Shown here one piece after another: positions 35,679 through 45,057 of a stretch of 64,000 bases of DNA. Position 1 is the first letter of the stretch. Each line of letters begins with the position of its first letter. Under the pieces are notes generated by a model. The model was not told the origin of the DNA, did no database searches, and saw only the letters and a program-made list of their open reading frames with translations. Origin of the DNA: Clostridia bacterium (GTDB lineage Bacteria > Bacillota > Clostridia > Oscillospirales > CAG-272); contig JAGASL010000044.1 of NCBI GenBank assembly GCA_017621755.1, positions 66,803 through 130,802 of the forward strand. Direction: 5' to 3'. Made by a program: the position numbers and the translations under genes.

Positions 35679-36647
35679 TTATGCCCAGCTCATTGTGCCG
35701 GGCTTCGGGTCACGAATAATAGATTCCTTGAGAAATTCTACGGCGTGGCACAGCCCCTCGTCGGTGGTCATCAGGCTGTCCTCATGCTCGATGCTGAGAA
35801 CCCCGTCATAGCCAACGAGACGCAGATTGCTGATCATATCGCGCCAGTAGTCAAGGCCGTTGCCGTAGCCAACCGAGCGGAAGATCCAGGAGCGGTGGAT
35901 CTCATCGCTGTAATGCTTGGTATCCAGCACGCCAAACTTGGCGGTGTTATACTTGTCGATCTTGGTATCCTTGGCGTGGAAGTGGTAGATAGCGCCCTCC
36001 AGCACGCGGATAGCGGCAACCGGGTCAATGCCCTGCCAGATGAGGTGAGAGGGGTCGAAGTTCGCGCCGATCACGTCGCCAACCGCCTCGCGCAGGCGGA
36101 GCAGCGTTTCCGGGTTATAAACGCAGAAGCCGGGGTGCATCTCAAAGGCAATGCGGTCAACACCGTGCTCCTTGGCAAAGGCGGCCGTCTTCTTCCAGTA
36201 GGGGATGATCACGTCATTCCACTGGTAGTCCAGCACGTCAAGGAAATCCGGCGGCCAAGCGCAGGTTGCCCAGTTGGGCGTGGTGTCAGCCGGCGAGCCG
36301 CCCGGGCAGCCAGAGAAGGTGATCACCGTGCGAATGCCCAGCTTCTCAGCCAGCAGCACGGCGTTCTTGAAATCCTTGTCAAACTGTGCGGCGATCTCCT
36401 TGTTCGGGTGAACGGCGTTGCCGTGGGTAGAAAGGGCACAGATCTCGATGCCATGCTTTTGGAAAGTAGCCTTGAATTCCTCTAAGGCGGCCGGGTCGGC
36501 GAGCAGCTTTTCGGGGTCGCAATGTGCTTTGCCGGGGTAACCGCCGCAGCCGATCTCGACACTTTCAATGCCCAGCTTTTCAAATTTTGCTAGTGCCTCG
36601 TCAAGCGGCATGTCAGCAAACAGGTTTGTAAGTACGCTCAGTTTCAT
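35679..36647 (-). CDS. sugar phosphate isomerase/epimerase (xylose isomerase-like TIM barrel)
   Basis: MKLSVLTNLF...GIESVEIGCGGYPG...HPGF...SIEHED. The ORF-track start at 36821 is an extension lacking an RBS. Confidence 0.8.
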   Translation of the reverse strand: MKLSVLTNLFADMPLDEALAKFEKLGIESVEIGCGGYPGKAHCDPEKLLADPAALEEFKATFQKHGIEICALSTHGNAVHPNKEIAAQFDKDFKNAVLLAEKLGIRTVITFSGCPGGSPADTTPNWATCAWPPDFLDVLDYQWNDVIIPYWKKTAAFAKEHGVDRIAFEMHPGFCVYNPETLLRLREAVGDVIGANFDPSHLIWQGIDPVAAIRVLEGAIYHFHAKDTKIDKYNTAKFGVLDTKHYSDEIHRSWIFRSVGYGNGLDYWRDMISNLRLVGYDGVLSIEHEDSLMTTDEGLCHAVEFLKESIIRDPKPGTMSWA

Positions 36648-36781
36648 GGGGAAAAGCCCATCCTTTCCTGATATGTTACTTCTATTATACAGATATTTTG
36701 GCAGCATTGCAAGGCTTTTCGCTTTTTTGCTGTAAAAAAATAAAAAACCGGAGCATACTGGAAGAGAGTAGGAGGGGCGAG

Positions 36782-37198
36782 ATGAAAAAAACGGTAGGAA
36801 GAGTGATATTTTGGTTTTCATGCGGGGCGATCCTGTATCCTTCTATCGAGGTGCTGTGGCGTGGGCACAGCCACTATTCGATGGCGCTATGCGGGGGTCT
36901 GTGTGCAGTGCTGCTGCTTTATTTGAACGGGCTGTGGCCGGTCTTGGCACGACCGGTGCGCGCCCTGCTGGGCGCATGCCTGATCTGCTTAGTTGAATTT
37001 TTGTTTGGCGTGGTTTTTAATCTCTTTTTTTCAATGGCGGTTTGGGATTATTCAGCGCTACGCTATAACCTGATGGGACAGATCTGCTTGCGCTATTTTC
37101 TGTTGTGGCTTGGCTTTTCATGGCTCCTGACCTGGCTTTTTGACCGCGTGTGGGGTGAAGAAAGCATCGGCGCAAAAATTTTTGCGGCTGCTGAATAA
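36782..37198 (+). CDS. small polytopic membrane protein (PF06541 / putative ABC-transporter type IV-like)
   Basis: YPSIEVLWRG...EF..G...N......WDYS....N..G.I.L pattern. Confidence 0.55.
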   Translation: MKKTVGRVIFWFSCGAILYPSIEVLWRGHSHYSMALCGGLCAVLLLYLNGLWPVLARPVRALLGACLICLVEFLFGVVFNLFFSMAVWDYSALRYNLMGQICLRYFLLWLGFSWLLTWLFDRVWGEESIGAKIFAAAE

Positions 37199-37302
37199 TC
37201 GCCAAAGGGAAGGGTACAATAGAAACAGATACGAAACACACCGCATGGGACGTGAGGCGTGGGGCGTATCGAAATACGCACGAAAAAGGAAAACACCACG
37301 CC

Positions 37303-37500
37303 ATGAAGAGAAGTGATTTGCCACTTGCTTTTTCGGCCGCTCTTGTGCGGGATAAGCGAGCCATGCAAAGCTTTGCCCAGATGGGTGACGGGGAACAGGC
37401 TTCTGTTCTCTCACGGGCCCGGCAGGCAAGGACGATGGCGGATATGCAGTTGCTCGTTTCGTCGCTTGCCGAGGATGTTCAGGCGACCGAGGAATACTGA
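37303..37500 (+). CDS. hypothetical small protein (65 aa)
   Basis: An ORF with its own downstream terminator. Weak RBS. No family recognised. Confidence 0.35.
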   Translation: MKRSDLPLAFSAALVRDKRAMQSFAQMGDGEQASVLSRARQARTMADMQLLVSSLAEDVQATEEY

Positions 37501-37519
37501 GGATTTTCCCTGTGCGGGA

Positions 37520-37553
37520 GGTGGGCTTGTGCTGTGCCGAGCCCACCTTTTTT
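37520..37553 (+). terminator. intrinsic terminator
   Basis: GGTGGGCT / AGCCCACC stem followed by TTTTTT. Confidence 0.75.
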
Positions 37554-37556
37554 CAC

Positions 37557-37592
37557 TAAAAAACAACGCGCATCCCAAACGGGATGCGCGTT
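37557..37592. terminator. terminator after the cysteine desulfurase gene (usable on both strands)
   Basis: AACGCGCATCCC / GGGATGCGCGTT stem flanked by an A-run and a T-run. Confidence 0.8.
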
Positions 37593-37598
37593 TTGCTG

Positions 37599-38765
37599 TT
37601 ATCGAATGCGGGAAAGGTTTTTGATACCGCGCGTAAGCGCGGCGAGAAAAACGTCGATCTCTTCCTCGGTATTGCGGTGCGAGAAGCTGACGCGAATGGT
37701 GCAGTCTACCTCACGCTCATCTAAGCCGAAGGCCAGCAGCGGTGGCGAGCCGTGCCGCCCGTGCGAGGAGCAGGCAGAGCCGCTGGAAACATAGATCCCC
37801 TGGCCGGAAAGGAAGTGAAGCATGGTCTCACTCTTGATGCGCGGCATCGTCAGGCTTACGATATGCGGCGCGTGCTGCGGCGGCAGATTGACCTTTACCT
37901 CGCCAAGCGCCGGCTCGGCTGCCAGGCGGTCAAGCAGGGTGCTTTGCAGGTGTGAAAGCTGCGCGGTGTGCTTCGCAAAATTCTCACGCGCGTAGTCACA
38001 GGCGGCGCCAAAGGCGGCGCAGCCGGCCACGTTCTCGGTGCCGGAGCGGTAGCCACCCTCCTGCCCGCCGCCTAAGAGCTGGGGCGCAAGCCCCTTGTTC
38101 TTCACAACGGTAGGGCTGACCCACAAGGCACCCACACCCTTTGGCCCTTCGATCTTATGTGAGCTGATCGTGATCAGATCGTAGCCATCCTTCGGTGAGA
38201 CAGGAACCTTCATAAACGCCTGCGTAGCGTCTGCGTGAAAGACCGCCTCGGGCGCGAGCGCGTGCACCAGGCGCGCGGCGGTCTTCAGATCGTAATGCGC
38301 CCCGGTTTCATTGTTTACCAGCAGCATGGTGACCAAAACGGTGTTCTTGGTCAGCGCCGCCTCTAAGGCGGCCATATCCAGCACGCCGCCACGGGTGGGG
38401 ATCTCGATCACCTCGTAGCCCTCGGCGCGCAGGCGATCAAGCGGCCGCGCCACCGAGGCGTGCTCGCCTGCCGTGGTAATAATGCGTGAGGCGCGGCGAT
38501 AGCGCTCCTTGGCGTAGGCGCGGCCCAGCACGGCCAGGTTGTTGGCCTCGCTGCCGCCGGCAGTAAAGATCAGCTGCCCATCCCGCGCCCCAAGCGCACT
38601 CATCACCGCCCGCCGTCCCTCGTCTAAGGCGTGGGCGGCGCGCAGGCCGGCACCGTGTAGTGAGGAGGCATTGCCCCAGCATTCCTCACACACGGAAAGG
38701 AATTTTTTCGTTGCCGCCTCACACATTTTGGTGGTGGCGCTGTTGTCAAAATAGATCTCGTTCAT
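37599..38765 (-). CDS. cysteine desulfurase (class V aminotransferase, NifS/IscS type)
   Basis: FTAGGSEANN, the PLP-lysine region ITISSHKIEGPKG and the active-site loop SSGSACSS. Confidence 0.9.
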   Translation of the reverse strand: MNEIYFDNSATTKMCEAATKKFLSVCEECWGNASSLHGAGLRAAHALDEGRRAVMSALGARDGQLIFTAGGSEANNLAVLGRAYAKERYRRASRIITTAGEHASVARPLDRLRAEGYEVIEIPTRGGVLDMAALEAALTKNTVLVTMLLVNNETGAHYDLKTAARLVHALAPEAVFHADATQAFMKVPVSPKDGYDLITISSHKIEGPKGVGALWVSPTVVKNKGLAPQLLGGGQEGGYRSGTENVAGCAAFGAACDYARENFAKHTAQLSHLQSTLLDRLAAEPALGEVKVNLPPQHAPHIVSLTMPRIKSETMLHFLSGQGIYVSSGSACSSHGRHGSPPLLAFGLDEREVDCTIRVSFSHRNTEEEIDVFLAALTRGIKNLSRIR

Positions 38766-38771
38766 CGTCTG

Positions 38772-39866
38772 TTAAAAGGAGATGGCAGATAGCATCGCCT
38801 CGGCCTCTGCCAGGTGGCCTTCATAGGCTTCCTCGGTGGCGGTATAGGTAAAGGTGTAAACGAAGGAGCCCTTCACAAACAGCTCCTGCATAAAGCGGTA
38901 GGAAACGCCGTTGTAGGTGGCGGTAAAGACGTAACGCAGGCTATCTAACCCTGCGGTGGTGGCGGTGTGCGCTTCCTCCTTCGTGTGCAGCGTATAGCCT
39001 GTTAGCTTGTCCTTGTAATCCTTTTCCAGGTTGGCAAAATATTCCGGCAGCGTGTTGGCCATGGTGGGATAGTTCTTCACAAGCGAAACGCTGGTGCGGT
39101 CGCTGTCAGAGACGTAGGCGCTCAGCGTGCCGTTTTGCAGGTCAACGATCCAATCGGTGGGAATATAGAAATGGCAATCGTGAATATCGCTGCGGCTGAT
39201 CTCCTTCATGCCGGCGGGGGCGCCTTGCCCCTCGCTGCCTTCCGGCTTGTCCGGCCGGGGGGTGGCTGCCTCGTCATCTGCAAATAGAAAGCTGGAAGCA
39301 ACCAGCTCGATCACGGTCGTATACTGCTCGTAATCTCCCTCGTAGGGGGCCATATAGGTCAGAACGAACAGGCGTCCGTTCTTTCTGCTGATATACTGGG
39401 TCACGCCGTACTTGTCCTTTTCGCCGTTGCCGTCATAATCGTAATGAATGCCGGAGAACTTGTAGCGCAGGGCGGCATTGCTGCCAAGCAGGGTGGTGGC
39501 GGCCTCCTCGTCCATGCTGAAATCGGTGAACATGGCCTCGGTCTCTGCGCGCGAGGCGTTCCAGTATTCGGCCGGCTCACGCTCAGAGGCAAATGCGGCA
39601 AAGGTCACACGCGCATAGCCGTAGGTGGCAATGGTCACGCCGGTAGAATGGTCGATGCGCCAATCGTCCGGCAGGAACAGGTAATAGCCTTCTCCCGTTC
39701 CGGTGGCATCCTGCATCCCCTGCGGGATGGGAATGCCGCCGGCGGCATCCGGTGTGCCACCACAGGCGGCAAGCGGCAGCAGCATAGCCAGGGCCAGCAG
39801 CAGCGCACCTATGCGGGTGGCGCGGCGGCGATCGATCGTTTTGTCATTCCCCATCGGGTCTTTCAT
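38772..39866 (-). CDS. hypothetical lipoprotein
   Basis: Lipobox LPLAAC after a basic N-terminus. The start at 39866 lies downstream of the murD stop. No family recognised. Confidence 0.55.
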   Translation of the reverse strand: MKDPMGNDKTIDRRRATRIGALLLALAMLLPLAACGGTPDAAGGIPIPQGMQDATGTGEGYYLFLPDDWRIDHSTGVTIATYGYARVTFAAFASEREPAEYWNASRAETEAMFTDFSMDEEAATTLLGSNAALRYKFSGIHYDYDGNGEKDKYGVTQYISRKNGRLFVLTYMAPYEGDYEQYTTVIELVASSFLFADDEAATPRPDKPEGSEGQGAPAGMKEISRSDIHDCHFYIPTDWIVDLQNGTLSAYVSDSDRTSVSLVKNYPTMANTLPEYFANLEKDYKDKLTGYTLHTKEEAHTATTAGLDSLRYVFTATYNGVSYRFMQELFVKGSFVYTFTYTATEEAYEGHLAEAEAMLSAISF

Positions 39867-39882
39867 GTTGGTATCTCCTCTA

Positions 39883-41220
39883 TCATTGATCACGAAGAAC
39901 GGCACGGCGAAAGGCCTCGCCACGTTCTTCAAAATTTTGAAATTCATCAAAGCTGGTGCAGGCGGGGGAAAGCAGCACGGTATCCCCCGGCTTGGCAAAA
40001 GCCATGGCCGCGGCTACCGCCTCGCCCATGTGCGCGAACCTCTCTACCCGTATGGGCAGGCCGCTCAGCACCTCGTACAGCGCGTTGCGCGCCGCACCAA
40101 ACAGAAAGATCGCCTTGCTCTTTCCTTTCGCAGCCGCACGTAGCGGCGTAAGGGAAAGCCCTTTGTCCGCCCCACCGCAGAGCAGGATGGGCCTGCCATC
40201 CATGGCGGCCAGTGTGGCTGCCGTGCGGCTGGGGGTAGAATCGATCGAGCTGTTATAATAGGTCACCCCGTTCACGGTCGCCACACGCTCTAGCCGGTGC
40301 GGCACACCGTTAAAGCTGCGGGCAACCGCACGCATGGCAGGCGGCGCGGCATAGGGGTATACTAGGCCGATGGCGGCCAGGTAATTTTCGGTGTTATGCT
40401 CGCCGGGCAACAGAATATCTGTGCGCGGAAAGAGCGCCCTGCCATCATAGCAGATATGCCCGTTTTCCACCGTTACCGTGTGGCAGGCGCCAAAGGCGGC
40501 GCGCAGGGCGCGGTGGTCGCCATGCAGCGAAAACACCGTTTTGTCTGCCCGGCGGTGGGCGATGGCGGCAGTATAGGAATTATCGGCGTTTAGGATGGCG
40601 TGCGTGGCAGGGCCCAGGATTCTCTCCTTGGCGGCCGCGTATTCGGCCATATCCTTATGCCAGTTTAGGTGGTTTTCGGTCAGATTGGTGATGGCGGCAC
40701 GCTGCGGCGGCCGCGGTCTCGTCATCAGCTGAAAGCTGGAAAGCTCGGCTAAGGCAATATCACCCGGCTGCATATCGGCAAGATCACTGATCAGTGGCCG
40801 GCCGATGTTGCCGCCCACGTAAACGGTCTGACCGGCGCCGCGCAGCATCAGCCCGGCAAGCGTGGTGGTGGTTGTCTTTCCATCGCTGCCCGTTACCCCC
40901 AGCAGCTTGGCGGGGCATCGCGCGGCAAATAGGTCGTATTCCCCCAACAGGCGCGCGCCGCGCAAAACGGCATCGGCAATGGGGGGCAGATCCGGCCGCA
41001 GGCCGGGGGAGCGAAAGAGATATTCTTCATTCAGGTTGTCTAAATATCCATCTCCCGTGCGCAAAAATACGCCGTGGGGGAGGGGCACCCGTATAGGATG
41101 CTTATCCCGCACGGTAACCGTCATGCCCTGCCGAAGAAGAAAGTGTAGAAGCGCCTGATTGGAGAGACCAAAGCCAAGAAGCCCAGCGGTCTTGCCCGCC
41201 AGCTGCCAAAACGCTCTCAT
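39883..41220 (-). CDS. murD: UDP-N-acetylmuramoyl-L-alanine--D-glutamate ligase
   Basis: Mur ligase motifs (GVTGSDGKTTTTTL, ...LNADN...) with the MurD-type N-terminal Rossmann domain. Confidence 0.9.
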   Translation of the reverse strand: MRAFWQLAGKTAGLLGFGLSNQALLHFLLRQGMTVTVRDKHPIRVPLPHGVFLRTGDGYLDNLNEEYLFRSPGLRPDLPPIADAVLRGARLLGEYDLFAARCPAKLLGVTGSDGKTTTTTLAGLMLRGAGQTVYVGGNIGRPLISDLADMQPGDIALAELSSFQLMTRPRPPQRAAITNLTENHLNWHKDMAEYAAAKERILGPATHAILNADNSYTAAIAHRRADKTVFSLHGDHRALRAAFGACHTVTVENGHICYDGRALFPRTDILLPGEHNTENYLAAIGLVYPYAAPPAMRAVARSFNGVPHRLERVATVNGVTYYNSSIDSTPSRTAATLAAMDGRPILLCGGADKGLSLTPLRAAAKGKSKAIFLFGAARNALYEVLSGLPIRVERFAHMGEAVAAAMAFAKPGDTVLLSPACTSFDEFQNFEERGEAFRRAVLRDQ

Positions 41221-41299
41221 ATTCCAGCTCCCTATACGTTATATTCTATTATATGAAAAAAACATCAAAGATGCAACCCCTAATGCGAAAAGTTCACAA

Positions 41300-41337
41300 A
41301 AAAGACGGAAAAAAGGCGGCACCGCTAGGGTGCCGCC
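41300..41337 (-). terminator. intrinsic terminator after rnpB
   Basis: GGCGGCACC / GGTGCCGCC stem. On the minus strand it is followed by a T-run. Confidence 0.75.
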
Positions 41338-41732
41338 TGCAACCGGGCCTGTAAGCCGGGTTCTGTGAACGCGCTTGCGCGCGAGCCGCAATCATCTATC
41401 TTCACTGCGCGTCTCCGCCCAGTTCAGAGAAATAAATTCTCCTGCCACCCATGGGATGCCGGCGGGCCGCCGTCTGCCTTGCGGCAGCTCCCACAAACGG
41501 TGTTGCTTCGGATAGGGTTTACATTTGCACGCAGTTACCTGCTATGCCGGTGAGCTCTTACCTCGCCTTTCCATCCTTGCCGTGAAACCACGGCGGTTTA
41601 TTTCTGTTGCACTTTCCCTGGGGTCACCCCCGGCGGATGTTATCCGTTATCCCGCCCTACGAAGCCCGGACTTTCCTCACGATACGACCTTTCGGCATGA
41701 TATCGCGCGATTGCGCCACCCGGTTGCAGGGG
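41336..41732 (-). ncRNA. rnpB: RNase P RNA (bacterial, class A-like)
   Basis: Minus strand carries GAGGAAAGTCCGGGC, GGTAAGAGCTCACCGG and the 3' ACAGAACCCGGCTTA. P1 pairs CCTGCAACCGGG with CCCGGTTGCAGG. The ends are approximate. Confidence 0.88.
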
Positions 41733-41758
41733 TATTATACACCTTTTTTTATGAAAAG

Positions 41759-42568
41759 TCAACCGGCACGGTCGATTTTTCGTGCGGCAAGCCACAGCGC
41801 AAGAGAAGAGATTGCTGCTGCGGCCAGCGTGATCAGCACCGCCACCCAATTGACAGCGAAAAGACCGTGTAAAATAAAGTCACCCGTCTTGCCGTCCTGC
41901 ATATAGGGGAAGATTAAAACGGTAGCCACCGTTACGCCCACCACGGCAAAGAGGCCGGATAAGGCGCGGCAGACAAGGGAAGAGCGCTTGCCCTGCGCCA
42001 TATGCACGCGGGTGGGAATGTTGCGGCGAAAATCCAGCATCGAGCCAAGATAGGCCGCCGTGATCAGCAGAATGATGGTCTCTGGCAGCATGTAGGTGGC
42101 ATTGTAGCCGATCGAATAGATCAGCGCTGCCTCGGTAGGGATAGAAAGCCCAGCCCAAACCGTACACCCGGCCACCGTGTGCAGCACGTAGCGCAGCACG
42201 CATACCAGCAGCGAGCCAAGGATCATGGCGTGGCTCTGTGTGGCGACCGATTTACGAAAAGCGCCGGAGAAGCCAAGCACGGTAAAGGCCAGCACGTAAT
42301 CAAGCAGTATGACTGCTAAGATCGAATACCACGTGGTGAAATAAGAGAGTGAGTTCAGCCCCAGCAGCTGCTGGATCACACCGTACAGCAGGGCGGAAGT
42401 AAGGCCCCAGCCATTGCCGTGGCGGTAGGCGATGATCACGATCGGCAGCATAGAGGCAAAGGTGATCGAGCCGCCGTAGGGCATTTCTACCAGCTTGAGC
42501 ACAGAGAGAACGGTGGCCAGCGCAACCAGCATGCTGCATTCGGCCATTTTGCGGATCTTGGATTGCAT
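41759..42568 (-). CDS. thiT: ThiT-like ECF-transporter S component (thiamine), with extra C-terminal TM region
   Basis: ThiT-like TM pattern. It is directly preceded by a TPP riboswitch. There are ~80 extra C-terminal residues with two more TM helices. Confidence 0.7.
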   Translation of the reverse strand: MQSKIRKMAECSMLVALATVLSVLKLVEMPYGGSITFASMLPIVIIAYRHGNGWGLTSALLYGVIQQLLGLNSLSYFTTWYSILAVILLDYVLAFTVLGFSGAFRKSVATQSHAMILGSLLVCVLRYVLHTVAGCTVWAGLSIPTEAALIYSIGYNATYMLPETIILLITAAYLGSMLDFRRNIPTRVHMAQGKRSSLVCRALSGLFAVVGVTVATVLIFPYMQDGKTGDFILHGLFAVNWVAVLITLAAAAISSLALWLAARKIDRAG

Positions 42569-42629
42569 AAAAGGGTACCTCCTGAATAAAAAAGATGTGC
42601 CACACGAACAAATATCCGTGCAGCACTAC

Positions 42630-42725
42630 TCTTCTCTCAGTACTTCCTACGACGGCATTATCCGTATCAGGTTAAAGGGTTTGGAATTTCTTCCATCTCA
42701 GCCGTAAGGCACCCCCGACGTGATT
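42630..42725 (-). promoter_or_regulatory. TPP (THI-box) riboswitch
   Basis: Minus strand: GGGGTGCC..GCTGAGA...ACCCTTTAACCTGATACGGATAATGCCGTCG.AGGAAG, matching the conserved TPP aptamer core. Confidence 0.88.
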
Positions 42726-42747
42726 ATTCAGTTCTGTGGCAAGAGGT

Positions 42748-42776
42748 ATTGTAGCACAGGCGGTAGAATTTGTCAA
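42748..42776 (-). promoter_or_regulatory. sigma-A promoter of the riboswitch-thiT unit
   Basis: Minus strand: TTGACA, 17-nt spacer, TACAAT. Confidence 0.7.
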
Positions 42777-42851
42777 GAGAAATTTTGCCATGCTCTTTTC
42801 TTTTTCACCAAAATGTGATACAATACAAGAAAAAAGCATAGGGAGAGGCTT

Positions 42852-43493
42852 ATGGGAATTTGCTATATCGTTGGCGCCGGCGACTGTACCGAGACGATCA
42901 ACCCCGCAAAGGGTGATTTGCTGATCGCAGCAGACGGCGGGGCAGATCACATTGCCCGTATGGGCCTTACCCCCGATCTGCTGCTGGGCGATCTTGATTC
43001 GCTTGGCAGCGCGCTGCCCGCTTGTCCGCTGATGCGCTACCCCGCGGAAAAGGATGATACCGATATGGCGCTGGCGGTCGAGGAGGGCGTTTTGCGTGGC
43101 TACCGCGAATTTCTGATATTCGGCGTGCTGGGTGGGGCCCGGCTTGACCATACGCTGGCCGCCGTCAGCCTGCTGCCGGGCTATGCTTCGCGTGGGCTAT
43201 CCGTTACCCTGGTCGGCGGCGGGCAGCGCGTTCGTGCCCTGGCCTCGGGGCAGGAGATCATATTTTCGCCGCGGCGAGAGGGCTACCTATCCCTGTTCGC
43301 TACGGGAGGGGAAGCCGCCGGCATAACGGCAGAAAACCTGAAATATCCGTTGGCAGACGCTGCGCTGCCACCTCACGTTACGCTTGGCGTGAGCAATGAA
43401 TTTCTGCCCGGCCGCGCCGCGCGCGTGACTGTGGGGCAGGGCGCGGTGCTGCTTGTGTGGCAGCAGCCGTGGCAGGAAGGAGAAGAAAAATGA
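42852..43493 (+). CDS. thiN: thiamine diphosphokinase
   Basis: ADGGA...LLLGDLDS...KDDTDM motifs of TPK. Confidence 0.85.
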   Translation: MGICYIVGAGDCTETINPAKGDLLIAADGGADHIARMGLTPDLLLGDLDSLGSALPACPLMRYPAEKDDTDMALAVEEGVLRGYREFLIFGVLGGARLDHTLAAVSLLPGYASRGLSVTLVGGGQRVRALASGQEIIFSPRREGYLSLFATGGEAAGITAENLKYPLADAALPPHVTLGVSNEFLPGRAARVTVGQGAVLLVWQQPWQEGEEK

Positions 43494-44137
43494 ATCACTA
43501 TCGCGCTGTTATATTTGATTTGGATGGTACGCTGCTTGACACGCTGGATGATCTGGCCGATGCCGTGAATTATGCCATGAAGGCACACGGCTACCCGACC
43601 CACTCGCGGGAGGCGGTGTGCCGGTTCGTTGGCAATGGCATCCGCTCACTGATCGCTCTTTCCCTGCCGGGTGGTGAAGGTAATCCGCAATTTGACGAGG
43701 TGCTAAGCACCTTCCGTTCCTATTACGGCTCTCACAGCCAATGCAAGACCGCGCCTTATCCTGGTATCCTGGCGCTACTACAGGATCTGCGCGGTGCCGA
43801 TGTGCGTGTGGCAGTTGTTTCTAACAAATTTGATGCCGCTGTGCGCGACCTGTGCGCCCATTATTTTGGTGAGCTGGTCGAGGTAGCGGTTGGCGAGTCA
43901 CCTGCGGTGCCCAAAAAGCCCGCGCCGGATACCGTGCTACGCGCTATGCAGCTGCTTGGCGTGAAGCCGGCAGAATGCGTGTACGTTGGCGATTCGGACG
44001 TGGATATCAAAACGGCGCAAAACGCCGGCATCCCTTGCATTTCGGTGCTATGGGGCTTTCGTGACAGCGCGTTTCTGCTGGCAAACGGCGCGCAGCAGCT
44101 TGCTGAAGACGTTGGCGAGCTGGCAGTGCTGCTGTAG
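43490..44137 (+). CDS. HAD-family hydrolase (phosphoglycolate phosphatase-like)
   Basis: DLDGTLLDT, SNK and GDSDVD motifs. ATGA overlap with thiN. Confidence 0.8.
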   Translation: MNHYRAVIFDLDGTLLDTLDDLADAVNYAMKAHGYPTHSREAVCRFVGNGIRSLIALSLPGGEGNPQFDEVLSTFRSYYGSHSQCKTAPYPGILALLQDLRGADVRVAVVSNKFDAAVRDLCAHYFGELVEVAVGESPAVPKKPAPDTVLRAMQLLGVKPAECVYVGDSDVDIKTAQNAGIPCISVLWGFRDSAFLLANGAQQLAEDVGELAVLL

Positions 44138-44146
44138 GGTGACGGT

Positions 44147-44953
44147 ATGCATGAGGATATTTATCCGTTCCTTTCCGACAATGCTGAAGCACCGCTTTCC
44201 TTTTTGCTGGCTGGCATTTCTTACTGTGACGGCAGCTATCGCATCAGCCGCCCCGCTTCTGGTCTTTCCTGTGTAGAATATATTTTGTCCGGCACCGGTA
44301 CGGTGCTGTTGGATGGTAAGCCCTATTATCCCTCAGCGGGGGATACCTACTTCCTGCCGCAGGGGCACGATCATTTGTATTATGCAAGCGCAGAGCAGCC
44401 GTGGGTCAAGCTGTGGGTCAATTTTTCCGGCCCCCTGGCGCTCGCTATGGCAAAGGGCTACGGTATCGAGATGCGCTGCCGTTTTCCCGGGCTGTATACG
44501 GGTGACCTGCTGCGCTCGATCCTGCGCGCGGCAGAGGAGCGTAAGGAGAATGCAACCCTTTCTGCTACGCTGCTGCTGCACGAGCTGTTTTTTCGCATGG
44601 GGCGGGCAAGGGAAAGCCGCGTGCTGAATAAGACCGCCGCCGCCCTGCGTGATTTTATCGACCAGCACTACAGCGAGCCGATCAACGCCGCCACGCTTGC
44701 GGGGGTGGTGGGCAAATCCATCTCGCAATGCAATCGCGTGTTTGTGCGTGCCTATGGCGAAACGCCGCACCAGTACCTGCTTGGTCGCCGTATGGCGCTG
44801 GCTCGCATCCTGCTGGAGAGCAGCAGCATGAGCGTGCGTGATATATCCTCACGGCTTTCCTTTTGCGACGAGTATTATTTTTCTAACCTGTTCAAGCAAA
44901 AGATGGGTGTTTCGCCCGTTGCTTACCGTTTGGGCAAGAGTCGGGCGGAATAA
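44147..44953 (+). CDS. AraC-family transcriptional regulator (cupin + HTH)
   Basis: C-terminal AraC HTH pair (...GETPHQYLLGRRMALARILL...FSNLFKQKMGVSP). Confidence 0.8.
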   Translation: MHEDIYPFLSDNAEAPLSFLLAGISYCDGSYRISRPASGLSCVEYILSGTGTVLLDGKPYYPSAGDTYFLPQGHDHLYYASAEQPWVKLWVNFSGPLALAMAKGYGIEMRCRFPGLYTGDLLRSILRAAEERKENATLSATLLLHELFFRMGRARESRVLNKTAAALRDFIDQHYSEPINAATLAGVVGKSISQCNRVFVRAYGETPHQYLLGRRMALARILLESSSMSVRDISSRLSFCDEYYFSNLFKQKMGVSPVAYRLGKSRAE

Positions 44954-44981
44954 AAAAATCCAAAATTTTTGCTTGTAGCAG

Positions 44982-45009
44982 TTGTATTTCGCCAAAATCG
45001 TGCTATAAT
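44982..45009 (+). promoter_or_regulatory. sigma-A type promoter of typA
   Basis: TTGTAT, 16-nt spacer, TATAAT. Confidence 0.55.
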
Positions 45010-45057
45010 ATTTAGGTTAGGACATGTGTGAATTTTGGAGATCGGAAGGAAAAAGCA

